Shown: positions 16,233-24,695 of the stretch, one piece after another
How positions within the stretch are numbered: position 1 is the first letter of the stretch
How the letters are laid out: each line of letters begins with the position of its first letter
NCBI GenBank assembly: GCA_019566835.1
Contig: GCA_019566835.1_3045.2
Source of the DNA: a phage
Strand: one strand, 5' to 3'
Length of the DNA stretch: 35,772 nt
Notes under the pieces: model-generated
What the model was told of the DNA's origin: nothing
The model's database searches: none
What the model saw: the letters and a program-made list of their open reading frames with translations, nothing else
Position numbers and translations under genes: made by a program

Positions 16233-18049
16233 TACTGGCTCATCCATTCTTTACGAAGGTCAGCATTATCTCCCATGAGCATTTCAAAAAGCTCTTTCCA
16301 GTTCTCAGGAAGTTTAACAACATCATATACTGGATTTTGAATCATTTCACGATATTCAGATTTTTCCAAAGAGCCAAGTCCTTTAATATAACGGATGCTA
16401 TGTTTAGGTAGAGCATCTTTGGCACTCTCATATTCAGCGACTGTATAAAACCATTCTTGTTTTTTACCGACCTGAGCGATGATTACAGGAGTTTTGACAA
16501 AGCGAATTCGTCCTTGCTCAAACAATTCTGGCCAATTACTAAAAAATCCGAGCAGAGAAGGATAAATGCTTCCTAGACCATCATGGTCAGCATCAGTCAT
16601 AATAGCAATATTGCGATAATTCATGTTTTCAGCTTTTTCACCAAGAACTAATCCAGTGATTGCGCAAATATCAAATAGTTCTTTGTTTTTAAGCATATCT
16701 GCATAAGACATACCCCAACTGTTGAGAACTTTACCACGCAATGGATAACCACCATGAAGTTCTTTATCACGAACATCAATAAGATATCCGATAGCAGAAT
16801 CACCCTCAGTCAAGAAAAGAGTAGTATCAGCATCTTTACCGCACAGATTAGCTTTAATATGTTTATGAACCTTTGCCTTAGAAGCCTTTTTAGCTGCTTT
16901 AGTTTCAGCTGCTTTTTCTGCTGCCAATTTACGAGCTAGTGCAGCTTCAATAATTGGCATTAAAATTGCTTCATTATTTAAAATAGCGCGTGAAATCTTT
17001 TTAGCGTCAAGTTGAATATGACTACGGATTTCACCAAATGGAGAAGTCAAACGCTCTTTAGTTTGAGAATCAAATCGCATGTTTTTCATATCACGAACAA
17101 ACATAACGATAGTCAAACATTCTTTAACGCGTGCTTTAGTTACATCAATTTTGAACTTACGTTTGATTTGTGGAATAAGGTCTTCACAAATATCATCCAT
17201 AACACAGTCAATGTGATGGCCACCATTCTTAGTATGAATGTTATTGACGTATGTTAATTGACGAAATCCATCCGGTGAACGACCAACCGCAATAGAACAA
17301 TTTTCTTGTTCTTGAACAATAGCATGTTCATCATACTGTAGTGCATATTTCTTAAAATTGCCCTGAACCTTTTTACCATTAAAGGTAAATTGAATATCAG
17401 GATAAACAACAGCAAGTGTCTGGAGACGATCTAGTGTAATGTCAAGATAAACTTGGGACAGCTCATTAGTTTCAAATGACATAAAATCTGGAATGAAAGT
17501 AACACGAGTTCCTTTCCATTTTCCAGGAATAGTTTCCCAGGATTTATTTTCCATGCCATTTGAACAACGAACTACAATATTATTTTGACCATCGCCAGTT
17601 TCACCGACAAACATCACAGAAAAAATGTTAGTTAAACTAGAACCAACACCATTCATACCACCGGTGACACGTTCTTTATCATCACCAAAGTTACCACCCG
17701 CTTTTGGAATAGTCCAAGCAGCAACTGGACCAGGAATTTCTTCACCGGTAGGTGTTTTAACCATCGCTTGTGGAATACCACGACCGTTATCTTCAACTGT
17801 TACTTGATTGTTTTTAATAGTAACATTAATTTTATTTGCGAATTTAAACTTAGTACGAATACCTTCATCTACTGAGTTATCGATAATTTCATCAATAAGC
17901 TTAACAAGACCAGGTACATACTGAACACTTTCCCATTTACCAAACAGAAAGCGCTCATGCATTTCATTAGCAGAAGAGCCAATGTACATGCCACTACGCT
18001 TTTTGATATGTTCAATATCGCTCAGAATTTTAATTTCATTCTTAATCAT
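16232..18049 (-). CDS. 39: DNA topoisomerase II large subunit (GyrB-like) gp39, uninterrupted
   Basis: 605 aa from the ATG at 18049 (SD GAGGATAAG; the ORF-track start at 18052 is GTG). N-terminal GHKL ATPase motifs (DEIIDNSVDEG, EDNGRGIP) and a C-terminal Toprim-like region sit in one frame. Confidence 0.92.
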   Translation of the reverse strand: MIKNEIKILSDIEHIKKRSGMYIGSSANEMHERFLFGKWESVQYVPGLVKLIDEIIDNSVDEGIRTKFKFANKINVTIKNNQVTVEDNGRGIPQAMVKTPTGEEIPGPVAAWTIPKAGGNFGDDKERVTGGMNGVGSSLTNIFSVMFVGETGDGQNNIVVRCSNGMENKSWETIPGKWKGTRVTFIPDFMSFETNELSQVYLDITLDRLQTLAVVYPDIQFTFNGKKVQGNFKKYALQYDEHAIVQEQENCSIAVGRSPDGFRQLTYVNNIHTKNGGHHIDCVMDDICEDLIPQIKRKFKIDVTKARVKECLTIVMFVRDMKNMRFDSQTKERLTSPFGEIRSHIQLDAKKISRAILNNEAILMPIIEAALARKLAAEKAAETKAAKKASKAKVHKHIKANLCGKDADTTLFLTEGDSAIGYLIDVRDKELHGGYPLRGKVLNSWGMSYADMLKNKELFDICAITGLVLGEKAENMNYRNIAIMTDADHDGLGSIYPSLLGFFSNWPELFEQGRIRFVKTPVIIAQVGKKQEWFYTVAEYESAKDALPKHSIRYIKGLGSLEKSEYREMIQNPVYDVVKLPENWKELFEMLMGDNADLRKEWMSQ

Positions 18050-18076
18050 CACTTATCCTCGTTTGGTTTCGGGAAT

Positions 18077-18101
18077 ATTATACTCCGGTAATCATAAAGC
18101 T
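18077..18101 (-). promoter_or_regulatory. Middle-type promoter upstream of gene 39
   Basis: Minus strand reads TTTAGCTTTA, 12 nt, TATAAT; one mismatch to the MotA box TGCTTtA. Confidence 0.4.
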
Positions 18102-18119
18102 AAAGGCCCGAAGGCCTTT
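18102..18119 (-). terminator. C(UUCG)G tetraloop hairpin terminator
   Basis: AAAGGCC-UUCG-GGCCUUU overlaps the stop of the lipoprotein gene. Confidence 0.45.
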
Positions 18120-18388
18120 TATTTAAAACGAATAGTTGAATCCTTAAAGAACAGCCCAGAACATACTGTTCCTTCTACTTTCTGCCCGGTAGGTCCAATA
18201 GCACGAAATCCAGTATGTTGGAAATCATTTTCAGAGCAACCGAACCAGTTATATCCAGTGATTTCAATATTCGTAAAACCACTTGATGATAAAATTTTAG
18301 TTGCATTATCAGCATCAGTACATCCTACTAAAGATACTGCTAATACTAATGCTGCGATAGAACGATTAATATATTTCATAATTTTCAC
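18119..18388 (-). CDS. Putative lipoprotein (89 aa)
   Basis: N-terminal signal peptide ending in lipobox LVGC (SIAALVLAVSLVGC). Confidence 0.65.
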   Translation of the reverse strand: MKIMKYINRSIAALVLAVSLVGCTDADNATKILSSSGFTNIEITGYNWFGCSENDFQHTGFRAIGPTGQKVEGTVCSGLFFKDSTIRFK

Positions 18389-18756
18389 TTAAATTTAATA
18401 GCTTGAAGAAGACTAATAATTCTCAAGCGACTTCTTTCATCTTTAACTGTAAAGGAAAGAGGGTCGCCAGATTTCATGGTAATAGTGCATTCAAAATCAA
18501 AATCTTCTGTGACTTCTTCGAAGAAGTCAAATTCTTCAGCATAAATTAGAACATTACTCTGAAAACTGTGAAGAATTTTTCCGTTATTTCCAGACGCTGT
18601 ACTAATCATCGTAACATTATGACCTTTCATATCTTCAACGATAAATTCGCTTGTAGATATTACAGCATTAATAGAACCATTCCTATAAATAGCAGACATT
18701 AGATATTTCTTTTCTTCGCCTTCGCGAATACGATATTTCTTACCGATTTTAAACAT
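18385..18756 (-). CDS. Hypothetical protein (123 aa)
   Basis: ORF with SD AAAGGA; ATGA overlap with the downstream gene. Confidence 0.65.
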   Translation of the reverse strand: MFKIGKKYRIREGEEKKYLMSAIYRNGSINAVISTSEFIVEDMKGHNVTMISTASGNNGKILHSFQSNVLIYAEEFDFFEEVTEDFDFECTITMKSGDPLSFTVKDERSRLRIISLLQAIKFK

Positions 18757-18758
18757 AA

Positions 18759-18935
18759 TTATCCTTTAAGTAAGTCGTAAAATCCGCCATTCACATGCTT
18801 AGGAGCAGAAGGCCGACGAGTAGACAAACGATGACATTTAGGGCAAACATCATTTTCTCGTTCAGAAATCTTTTTAATTTTTTCATATTCATGCCCGCAA
18901 TCTTCGGATTGGCATTTATAATCATACATTGGCAT
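18759..18935 (-). CDS. Zinc-ribbon protein (58 aa), FmdB-like
   Basis: MPMYDYKCQSEDCGHEYEKIKKISERENDVCPKCHRLSTRR... has two CxxC pairs and the M-P-x-Y-x-Y-x-C start typical of FmdB-type zinc ribbons; SD AAGGAA. Confidence 0.5.
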   Translation of the reverse strand: MPMYDYKCQSEDCGHEYEKIKKISERENDVCPKCHRLSTRRPSAPKHVNGGFYDLLKG

Positions 18936-18937
18936 AA

Positions 18938-19363
18938 TTATTCCTTAAAGTGTGCTTTCAGCATTTGATACAAGGACCATGCCTGTTCATTATTTTCAAT
19001 AGTAACTTTCATGACAGGAAATTCTGTGAAATCTTCTATTTGTTCTTGCTCTTTCTCTTCCTGCTCTTGCTCTTCAGCTGCCTGATATGGATTTTCCACT
19101 TCATCAAAGAACTCGGCTTCGTTAGTAGAGAGCCAGATAAAGTTTTCGTCAAGGATATCACCATGTGTTGCATATCCAATTGTGCCAGTAAATGACATAA
19201 TTTTAGTAGGACGACCAAGATGGTCAACATCTAAAATTTTAAAAGGATGCATACCTAAACGTCGTGCATAAATTCCGTTATCAGTATGGTCTTTAATAAA
19301 AGCTTCTTGAGCTTGTTTATTTTTAAATTGATACCATTTATTAACTTCAAATCTAATAGCCAT
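18938..19363 (-). CDS. Hypothetical protein (141 aa)
   Basis: Start taken at [11 protein letters not shown] with SD GGAAGGA; acidic E/Q-rich linker. Confidence 0.65.
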   Translation of the reverse strand: MAIRFEVNKWYQFKNKQAQEAFIKDHTDNGIYARRLGMHPFKILDVDHLGRPTKIMSFTGTIGYATHGDILDENFIWLSTNEAEFFDEVENPYQAAEEQEQEEKEQEQIEDFTEFPVMKVTIENNEQAWSLYQMLKAHFKE

Positions 19364-19578
19364 TAATAAATTTCCTTCCAATAAGTTGTACCATCTTCAG
19401 TAATTTCGCGAAATACACCGTAAATTGGTTGTTTATCACCAACCTTTTCATACACATAAACCGAAGTCAAGTGAGTAAACTTAACGGTATGTTCTTTTTG
19501 AACTACTACCAAATCTGGATCGAATAATACATCTTCAAATTCGTCATTAGTGCAATTCTGAACAATTTTACGTTTCAT
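19363..19578 (-). CDS. Hypothetical protein (71 aa)
   Basis: ORF tiled between neighbouring minus-strand genes. Confidence 0.6.
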   Translation of the reverse strand: MKRKIVQNCTNDEFEDVLFDPDLVVVQKEHTVKFTHLTSVYVYEKVGDKQPIYGVFREITEDGTTYWKEIY

Positions 19579-19591
19579 TACAATTTCCTCA

Positions 19592-19861
19592 TTAATTGAA
19601 CAGTGGAGCGATGCGTTTCAGAAGAGTAGCAGCACCTTTAGCGAATTTTACATCATGAAAAACAGTTTCTTCTTCTGTAACAACTCGAACTTTAATATTT
19701 TCACAATCCCAATTTTTACGAACAATCTTCAAAAGCTGCAGTAAATCTTTACATTCAGCAATATCGATAACACATCCACGAGAATCTTCCATTATCGCAC
19801 GATAACCGTAAGCCATACCATAATCATTGAAAGATTGCTCGATGATAATTAAGTTTTCCAT
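19592..19861 (-). CDS. Hypothetical protein (89 aa)
   Basis: Start taken at MENLIIIEQ with SD GGAGAATAAA. Confidence 0.6.
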   Translation of the reverse strand: MENLIIIEQSFNDYGMAYGYRAIMEDSRGCVIDIAECKDLLQLLKIVRKNWDCENIKVRVVTEEETVFHDVKFAKGAATLLKRIAPLFN

Positions 19862-19885
19862 TTTATTCTCCAAGTTGTTTTCTGT

Positions 19886-19928
19886 ATCAGTAGTTGATAT
19901 TGATATAGTACCATAATCAACTACTGAT
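19886..19928 (-). promoter_or_regulatory. Promoter-like element with extended -10 inside a 13-bp inverted repeat
   Basis: Minus strand reads TGG-TACTAT with no GTTTAC at -35; the -10 is bracketed by ATCAGTAGTTGAT and ATCAACTACTGAT. Confidence 0.35.
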
Positions 19929-19968
19929 GTATATAGTTTTATGAAAAAAATTTAAACTTTATGCAAAT

Positions 19969-20388
19969 TTATGCTAAAGCTGCTTCGCACCATTTTTTAA
20001 TTTGGAATTCAGGAACTACCATGAACTGGCCTGCAAAAACAATATTGTAGAGCTTGACACCATCTTCTACCCAACGGTCCGAAATAAAACCAGCGACTTG
20101 ATTCGTTGTCCATGGAGTTCCATCTGTTGCCGCCGCAATTGTGAATTTATGGTCTTTTACAACTAAAACTGAAGAACAAAGTTTCCATTTAAATGCGCTT
20201 TCTTCTGGCTCAATGAACTGACTTGAGACATAACCAATGTTACCATCAGCGTCACGAACTTTAACCTCGTTACGACCAAAAACTGGATCACTTACAGAAA
20301 GAACTTCAACCAGCTTTCCTGCAACTTTAGAACGAGAAGCAACGGATACATATACGTAATCACCAGTAGAGAGATTTGCAATATTCAT
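19969..20388 (-). CDS. Hypothetical protein, paralog family member A (139 aa)
   Basis: SD AAGGA. Shares the N-terminal SRSK-AG-LVEV block and the C-terminal GF-TD-W-EDG-KLYNIVF module with the next gene. Confidence 0.7.
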   Translation of the reverse strand: MNIANLSTGDYVYVSVASRSKVAGKLVEVLSVSDPVFGRNEVKVRDADGNIGYVSSQFIEPEESAFKWKLCSSVLVVKDHKFTIAAATDGTPWTTNQVAGFISDRWVEDGVKLYNIVFAGQFMVVPEFQIKKWCEAALA

Positions 20389-20397
20389 AATAATTCC

Positions 20398-20871
20398 TTA
20401 AGCTTTACGAGGAGAAGCATAACGAGTGATTTCAGATTCTTCAACAACCCGGAAGTCACCTAAGAATACGATATTGTAGAGCTTTTCACCATCTTCAACC
20501 CATTGGTCTGTGATGAAGCCACACATCCTATCAGTTTTACTTGGACCAGCGAAATCATCAATATAATCGAATTCTTCATCAGTTACAAATTCAACGCCTT
20601 TACACAACGCCCATTTAAATTGTGTATTAGACTCAGTGGATTCAACTTCTTCAACAGAAGCAAAATGAGAGCTAACACGAGTTTCCAGAAATTTAGGACT
20701 TACGTAAGCGTACTGAGTTTCAGTTTTTCCAGAACCAGGAATGATTCGAACTTTAACTTCTTTAACACGACCAGTACCATTAGTACGAAGTCCTACCACT
20801 TCAACTAGACGACCTGCAGCTTTAGAACGAGATGCAGACGATACACGCTTAATTTCACCGATAGTAATCAT
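20398..20871 (-). CDS. Hypothetical protein, paralog family member B (157 aa)
   Basis: Start taken at MITIGEIKRV, because the longer in-frame ATG lies inside the upstream promoter. Same conserved N- and C-terminal blocks as member A. Confidence 0.7.
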   Translation of the reverse strand: MITIGEIKRVSSASRSKAAGRLVEVVGLRTNGTGRVKEVKVRIIPGSGKTETQYAYVSPKFLETRVSSHFASVEEVESTESNTQFKWALCKGVEFVTDEEFDYIDDFAGPSKTDRMCGFITDQWVEDGEKLYNIVFLGDFRVVEESEITRYASPRKA

Positions 20872-20914
20872 AATTTTTCTCTCTTTGTTGTTAAGATTTA
20901 TACTCCGCAGGACC

Positions 20915-20944
20915 ATTATACTCTGGTCCCAAGAGTTTGTAAAC
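20915..20944 (-). promoter_or_regulatory. T4-type early promoter
   Basis: Minus strand reads GTTTAC, 18 nt, TATAAT, with a second GAGTATAAAT about 20 nt downstream. Confidence 0.55.
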
Positions 20945-21381
20945 TAGCTTACACGAACATTAATCACTGCGCTGCGAGGAACTACAGAGTACTCTCCAGC
21001 ATGAACTACGTTCAGAAGTTCAACACCATCTTCAATCCACTGATCAGTCACCCATCCACCCACAGGATTCGCGAATGGACGACGAATATAAACTGCCTTA
21101 CACAGCAGATCAGTTGGATCTTCAGGTTTTTCAATTTCTGTCAATAGACTAAAATCTTTTTCATAAATAATAAGCGGTGATACCATTCCATAATAGTTTC
21201 TAATTTCAATATACATCATACCGATAAGAATTCCGCTATTAACACTAATAACAGTAAAAGGATATCCGCCAGTTAAACCAAGAAGTTCACAAAACTTATT
21301 ATGAGCTGTATTAGACAGTACCGAAAAATTCTTAATTTCATCAAATTTTTTCAATTGATAAACAGCATTATTTTTAATCAT
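20944..21381 (-). CDS. Hypothetical protein, paralog family member C (145 aa)
   Basis: C-terminal GWVTDQWIEDGVELLNVVHAGEYSVVP matches the shared module of members A and B; the N-terminus is unrelated. Confidence 0.7.
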   Translation of the reverse strand: MIKNNAVYQLKKFDEIKNFSVLSNTAHNKFCELLGLTGGYPFTVISVNSGILIGMMYIEIRNYYGMVSPLIIYEKDFSLLTEIEKPEDPTDLLCKAVYIRRPFANPVGGWVTDQWIEDGVELLNVVHAGEYSVVPRSAVINVRVS

Positions 21382-21391
21382 AATTTTCTCT

Positions 21392-21895
21392 TTAATCTAA
21401 GGTAATAAAGCCTTTTAATTCGGCATGTGACTTGCGGAACATTACTTGATGCCCACCAATGATAACTTTATCTTCAGGTACTTCGTATACAGCGAGATAA
21501 AATCCTTTAGAAGCTAATTCTTCACGCTCTTCTCGTGTGAACCATCTCATCATATCATATTCACTAGCAAAAGCAAAATGATAAAGAGCTATAAACCATC
21601 CTGGAATATAGTGATCTACGCCTACATATTCTTCTTTCTCAAAATTAGTATTAATTGCTATATTAGCATTTTTAACTAATAGTTTGTCTTCGTGCGGAAG
21701 AGGAATTCTTTTATTATCATTACTATGATGCATAAAATTAGGTCTGTCATAACCTACGTGTAATAACCACTCTTCGCTCCATGAATCCATTATACTCCTG
21801 TACGGCGTTATTTGAACACAAAGATCTCGACGTATTGTTATAGCATCTTCATAATTAAGAATACTAAATGATGATTCAACACGATAAATTTTCAT
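21392..21895 (-). CDS. Hypothetical protein (167 aa)
   Basis: Start taken at MKIYRVESS with SD GAGGATAAT, directly downstream of an early promoter. Confidence 0.65.
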   Translation of the reverse strand: MKIYRVESSFSILNYEDAITIRRDLCVQITPYRSIMDSWSEEWLLHVGYDRPNFMHHSNDNKRIPLPHEDKLLVKNANIAINTNFEKEEYVGVDHYIPGWFIALYHFAFASEYDMMRWFTREEREELASKGFYLAVYEVPEDKVIIGGHQVMFRKSHAELKGFITLD

Positions 21896-21922
21896 TTTAT
21901 TATCCTCAGTAGCTATGGTGTT

Positions 21923-21952
21923 ATAATACCACAACTAACCGAGGAAGTAAAC
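21923..21952 (-). promoter_or_regulatory. T4-type early promoter
   Basis: Minus strand reads GTTTAC, 18 nt, GTGG-TATTAT. Confidence 0.6.
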
Positions 21953-21958
21953 AACTTT

Positions 21959-22642
21959 TTATCGTTTTGTTGGAAGAGTCAGAGGATCGCAATCTTCCTC
22001 TGACGGAGCATCTTCAAGACCCATAGCGTATCGCAAAGCATACTTCATCATCAGGATGTCTTTCGCACAGTCATGAATAGAATCATGTGCAACGAATCCA
22101 TCTAAAGTTCCCTTTGGAAGAGGACACGTGGTCATATCACGAACAAGCAGAAGTGCTTCAATTCTGGTACGAATATCACGCTGATTCCAGAATTTACATG
22201 GTTCTAACTTAAATGTATCAAGCTCATTCTCGGAAACGCCATTAAGACGTTGAATATCGCGAATGAGATCGACTAAAATTGGAAAATCAAACGACATTCC
22301 ACGGCACCAGCCTTGAGATTTCCAAGGATCGATATTATGTGCATTGATGTAATCGTTGAATTTTGCAATACCATCAATGGTGCTTACATCTTCATCGGAT
22401 GGTGCAATATTTTTTCGAGCTTCAGGAGACTGATTTTTCCACCATTCGATAGTGCTTTTAGTAAAAAGACGATGTCCTTTTTGGCTTTTTAAATCAAATT
22501 TGATTTTAATGCCACGTGAAACTAGTTCATCGAATGATTCAACTACTTCTGGGTTAGGGTCAAAAGCAATTACAGCCAAATCAATAACAGCTGCTTTTTC
22601 ACCGCTTCCCATTGTTTCAAAATCTATAATAAAATCAAACAT
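21959..22642 (-). CDS. dexA: Exonuclease A DexA (DnaQ-like 3'-5' exonuclease)
   Basis: 227-aa ORF; N-terminal IIDFETMG is the exonuclease Exo I acidic motif; T4 dexA length and position. Confidence 0.85.
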   Translation of the reverse strand: MFDFIIDFETMGSGEKAAVIDLAVIAFDPNPEVVESFDELVSRGIKIKFDLKSQKGHRLFTKSTIEWWKNQSPEARKNIAPSDEDVSTIDGIAKFNDYINAHNIDPWKSQGWCRGMSFDFPILVDLIRDIQRLNGVSENELDTFKLEPCKFWNQRDIRTRIEALLLVRDMTTCPLPKGTLDGFVAHDSIHDCAKDILMMKYALRYAMGLEDAPSEEDCDPLTLPTKR

Positions 22643-22884
22643 TAAATTTTCCTCGCTAAATCACGAATTTGGCCTACAGTATAGTCTTGAATATAAACTT
22701 TATTAATAGGCTCATCAATAAATTTTGCCATAGATTCAATATCTTTTTGTATCTCTTCAAGACTGTATACTATCTTTAAAGCTTTTTCGCGAATAGTAAC
22801 ATTATCAGGTCCTGAATTTTCTTGAATGACAGCTTTAACATTTGCCATAAGAGATTTAAACTGGTACCAACTTAATTCAATCAT
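22642..22884 (-). CDS. Hypothetical protein (dexA.x position), paralog pair member
   Basis: Start taken at MIELSWYQF with SD GAGG (the ORF track extends to 22899). Aligns along its length with the next ORF. Confidence 0.55.
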   Translation of the reverse strand: MIELSWYQFKSLMANVKAVIQENSGPDNVTIREKALKIVYSLEEIQKDIESMAKFIDEPINKVYIQDYTVGQIRDLARKI

Positions 22885-23122
22885 TAATAATCGCCTCATA
22901 AAGATAGCTAATTTCGCCTAAAACGTAATCATTGATTGTAACAGTTTTCACTTCACCACAAAAGAATTCTAACGCAATTAAATCTCGTTCAATTTCTTCT
23001 AATTGAAGCATCAACTTACTAGATTCAATTTTTACAGTTTCACGATTTTTACCATGAGCAATTTCATAAATTTCGCTAACTTTATCCTGAAGAAGATAAA
23101 ACTGATCTTTAGTTATTTCCAC
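22877..23122 (-). CDS. Hypothetical protein (dexA.x position), paralog pair member
   Basis: Probable GTG start (VEITKDQF) with SD GAGGAAG 7 nt upstream; the ORF-track start at 23137 is TTG with no SD. Confidence 0.5.
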   Translation of the reverse strand: MEITKDQFYLLQDKVSEIYEIAHGKNRETVKIESSKLMLQLEEIERDLIALEFFCGEVKTVTINDYVLGEISYLYEAIIND

Positions 23123-23369
23123 GAATAGCTTCCTCAAATTTAATTAGTAATTTACAGACACTTTCATCTAGTGTAATTACCGTATCTGTATTACTGTGAT
23201 ATGATTGTTTTTCAATTCGTTTAATTGCTAATATAGTATCACTTATAAGATAAAGCTTATGAAGGAGCTCAGCTCCTGTTACCATAACATCGAGATTATC
23301 TTGCTTATTAGTATGCTTCCTTATACCATCTATTAGACGATTTAAATATTTTGAATTGATGTTAATCAT
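23109..23369 (-). CDS. Hypothetical protein (86 aa)
   Basis: ORF with SD GAGG, immediately downstream of dda. Confidence 0.6.
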   Translation of the reverse strand: MININSKYLNRLIDGIRKHTNKQDNLDVMVTGAELLHKLYLISDTILAIKRIEKQSYHSNTDTVITLDESVCKLLIKFEEAIRGNN

Positions 23370-23375
23370 ATAGCC

Positions 23376-24695
23376 TCACACATAAAACACATCATAACGA
23401 CCGCGGGTGACACCAACATAAAGAAGTTGTTGAGCTAGTTCAGCATCTGCATAATGAATACAAGGCGTATAAATGAAAGCACGGTCTACAGACATACCCT
23501 GAGCTTTATGGAATGTTGATGCAGGAAGTGCTTTCACTTTACTGAACTGTGATTTAGCATCCCAAAAATCACTCCATGGAGCTTTTCCGCCTTTGTTCCA
23601 ATTTTTATAAGTTTCTGCCGTTTTACCTAAAAACAGGTTAAACTTATATAGCTCTTCATCAGATGAAATTATTTTAATCTTTTCACGATAATATTCATCA
23701 TCGCCGTAAGTTTCTACTGTTAAATCCCAATGACGAATTAAGTATTCTCCAGGAACACCACGAGCTTTAACAAACGTCGATGTATACTCTGCTTCTATAA
23801 TACGAACTAATTGCCCATTATTAAAAATAATTTCTGATACAGGCTTTCCATCAATTTTATATGTTTTAATTAATGGTTCCTGCATTACAATAATTTCACC
23901 GACAATAAAATCTTTATCAGTTTCAAAAATCTTTTTACGAATAATGCTATTTAACTTATCAACAGATTTATTCGTAAATGCCATCACACGATTTTCAAAC
24001 AAATCATCTAATGATTTAACAATTGAAAAATAATTTACCATAAAATCGCGTAAAGCGGTATCACCAGTAAATCCACGTACTCCATGCCCGTCAACAACTT
24101 TATCATAAATCCACTTACCGTTACGAACGTCAGTAGCTACATCAATAATAGGAGCATTACTGCGTTTAACTTCAGTGAGTTCACACTGATAAAAATCTTT
24201 ATGTGTAAAGAATGGACTGATATAAGCAGTATTTTCTCCTGGGTCAACAGGTCTAATTTGCTTATTATCCCCTATTCCAATTATAGTACACCACGGCGGG
24301 ATAGTTGAAAGCAGAATTTTAAATAGCTTTCTATCATACATTGACACTTCATCGCAGATTAATACCCTGCATTTAGCTAAATCTGGTACTTCTTTTTGTT
24401 CAAAAAGAACGTTTTCTTCATATGTTACCGGGTTAATTTTAAGAATACTGTGAATAGTACTCGCTTCTTTCCCCGACAGTTTTGAAAGAATCTTTTTAGC
24501 TGCATGAGTAGGAGCTGCTAAAATAATACCAGTTTCACCCGTAGATATTAAAGCTTCAATGATGAACTTAGTAAGAGTAGTCTTACCAGTACCAGCAGGT
24601 CCATTAATAGTTACATGATGTTTCTTTTCTTTAATAGCCCTCATAACAATGTTAAAGGCATTTTTCTGGCCTTCGGTCAAATCATCAAATGTCAT
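23376..24695 (-). CDS. dda: Dda DNA helicase (SF1B)
   Basis: 439-aa ORF with Walker A GPAGTGKT and DE box LICDEVSM; T4 Dda length and position. Confidence 0.93.
   Translation of the reverse strand: MTFDDLTEGQKNAFNIVMRAIKEKKHHVTINGPAGTGKTTLTKFIIEALISTGETGIILAAPTHAAKKILSKLSGKEASTIHSILKINPVTYEENVLFEQKEVPDLAKCRVLICDEVSMYDRKLFKILLSTIPPWCTIIGIGDNKQIRPVDPGENTAYISPFFTHKDFYQCELTEVKRSNAPIIDVATDVRNGKWIYDKVVDGHGVRGFTGDTALRDFMVNYFSIVKSLDDLFENRVMAFTNKSVDKLNSIIRKKIFETDKDFIVGEIIVMQEPLIKTYKIDGKPVSEIIFNNGQLVRIIEAEYTSTFVKARGVPGEYLIRHWDLTVETYGDDEYYREKIKIISSDEELYKFNLFLGKTAETYKNWNKGGKAPWSDFWDAKSQFSKVKALPASTFHKAQGMSVDRAFIYTPCIHYADAELAQQLLYVGVTRGRYDVFYV

Noticed and set aside
16232-18052. Longer N-terminal extensions given by the ORF track for several genes (e.g. 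gene 39 from 18052, ndd from 10738, gene 56 from 30589, 20398-20916, 11287-11535)
   Set aside because: The extended starts are GTG/TTG or ATG codons lacking an SD and often lying inside the upstream promoter or gene; internal ATGs with canonical SDs give products of the expected lengths.
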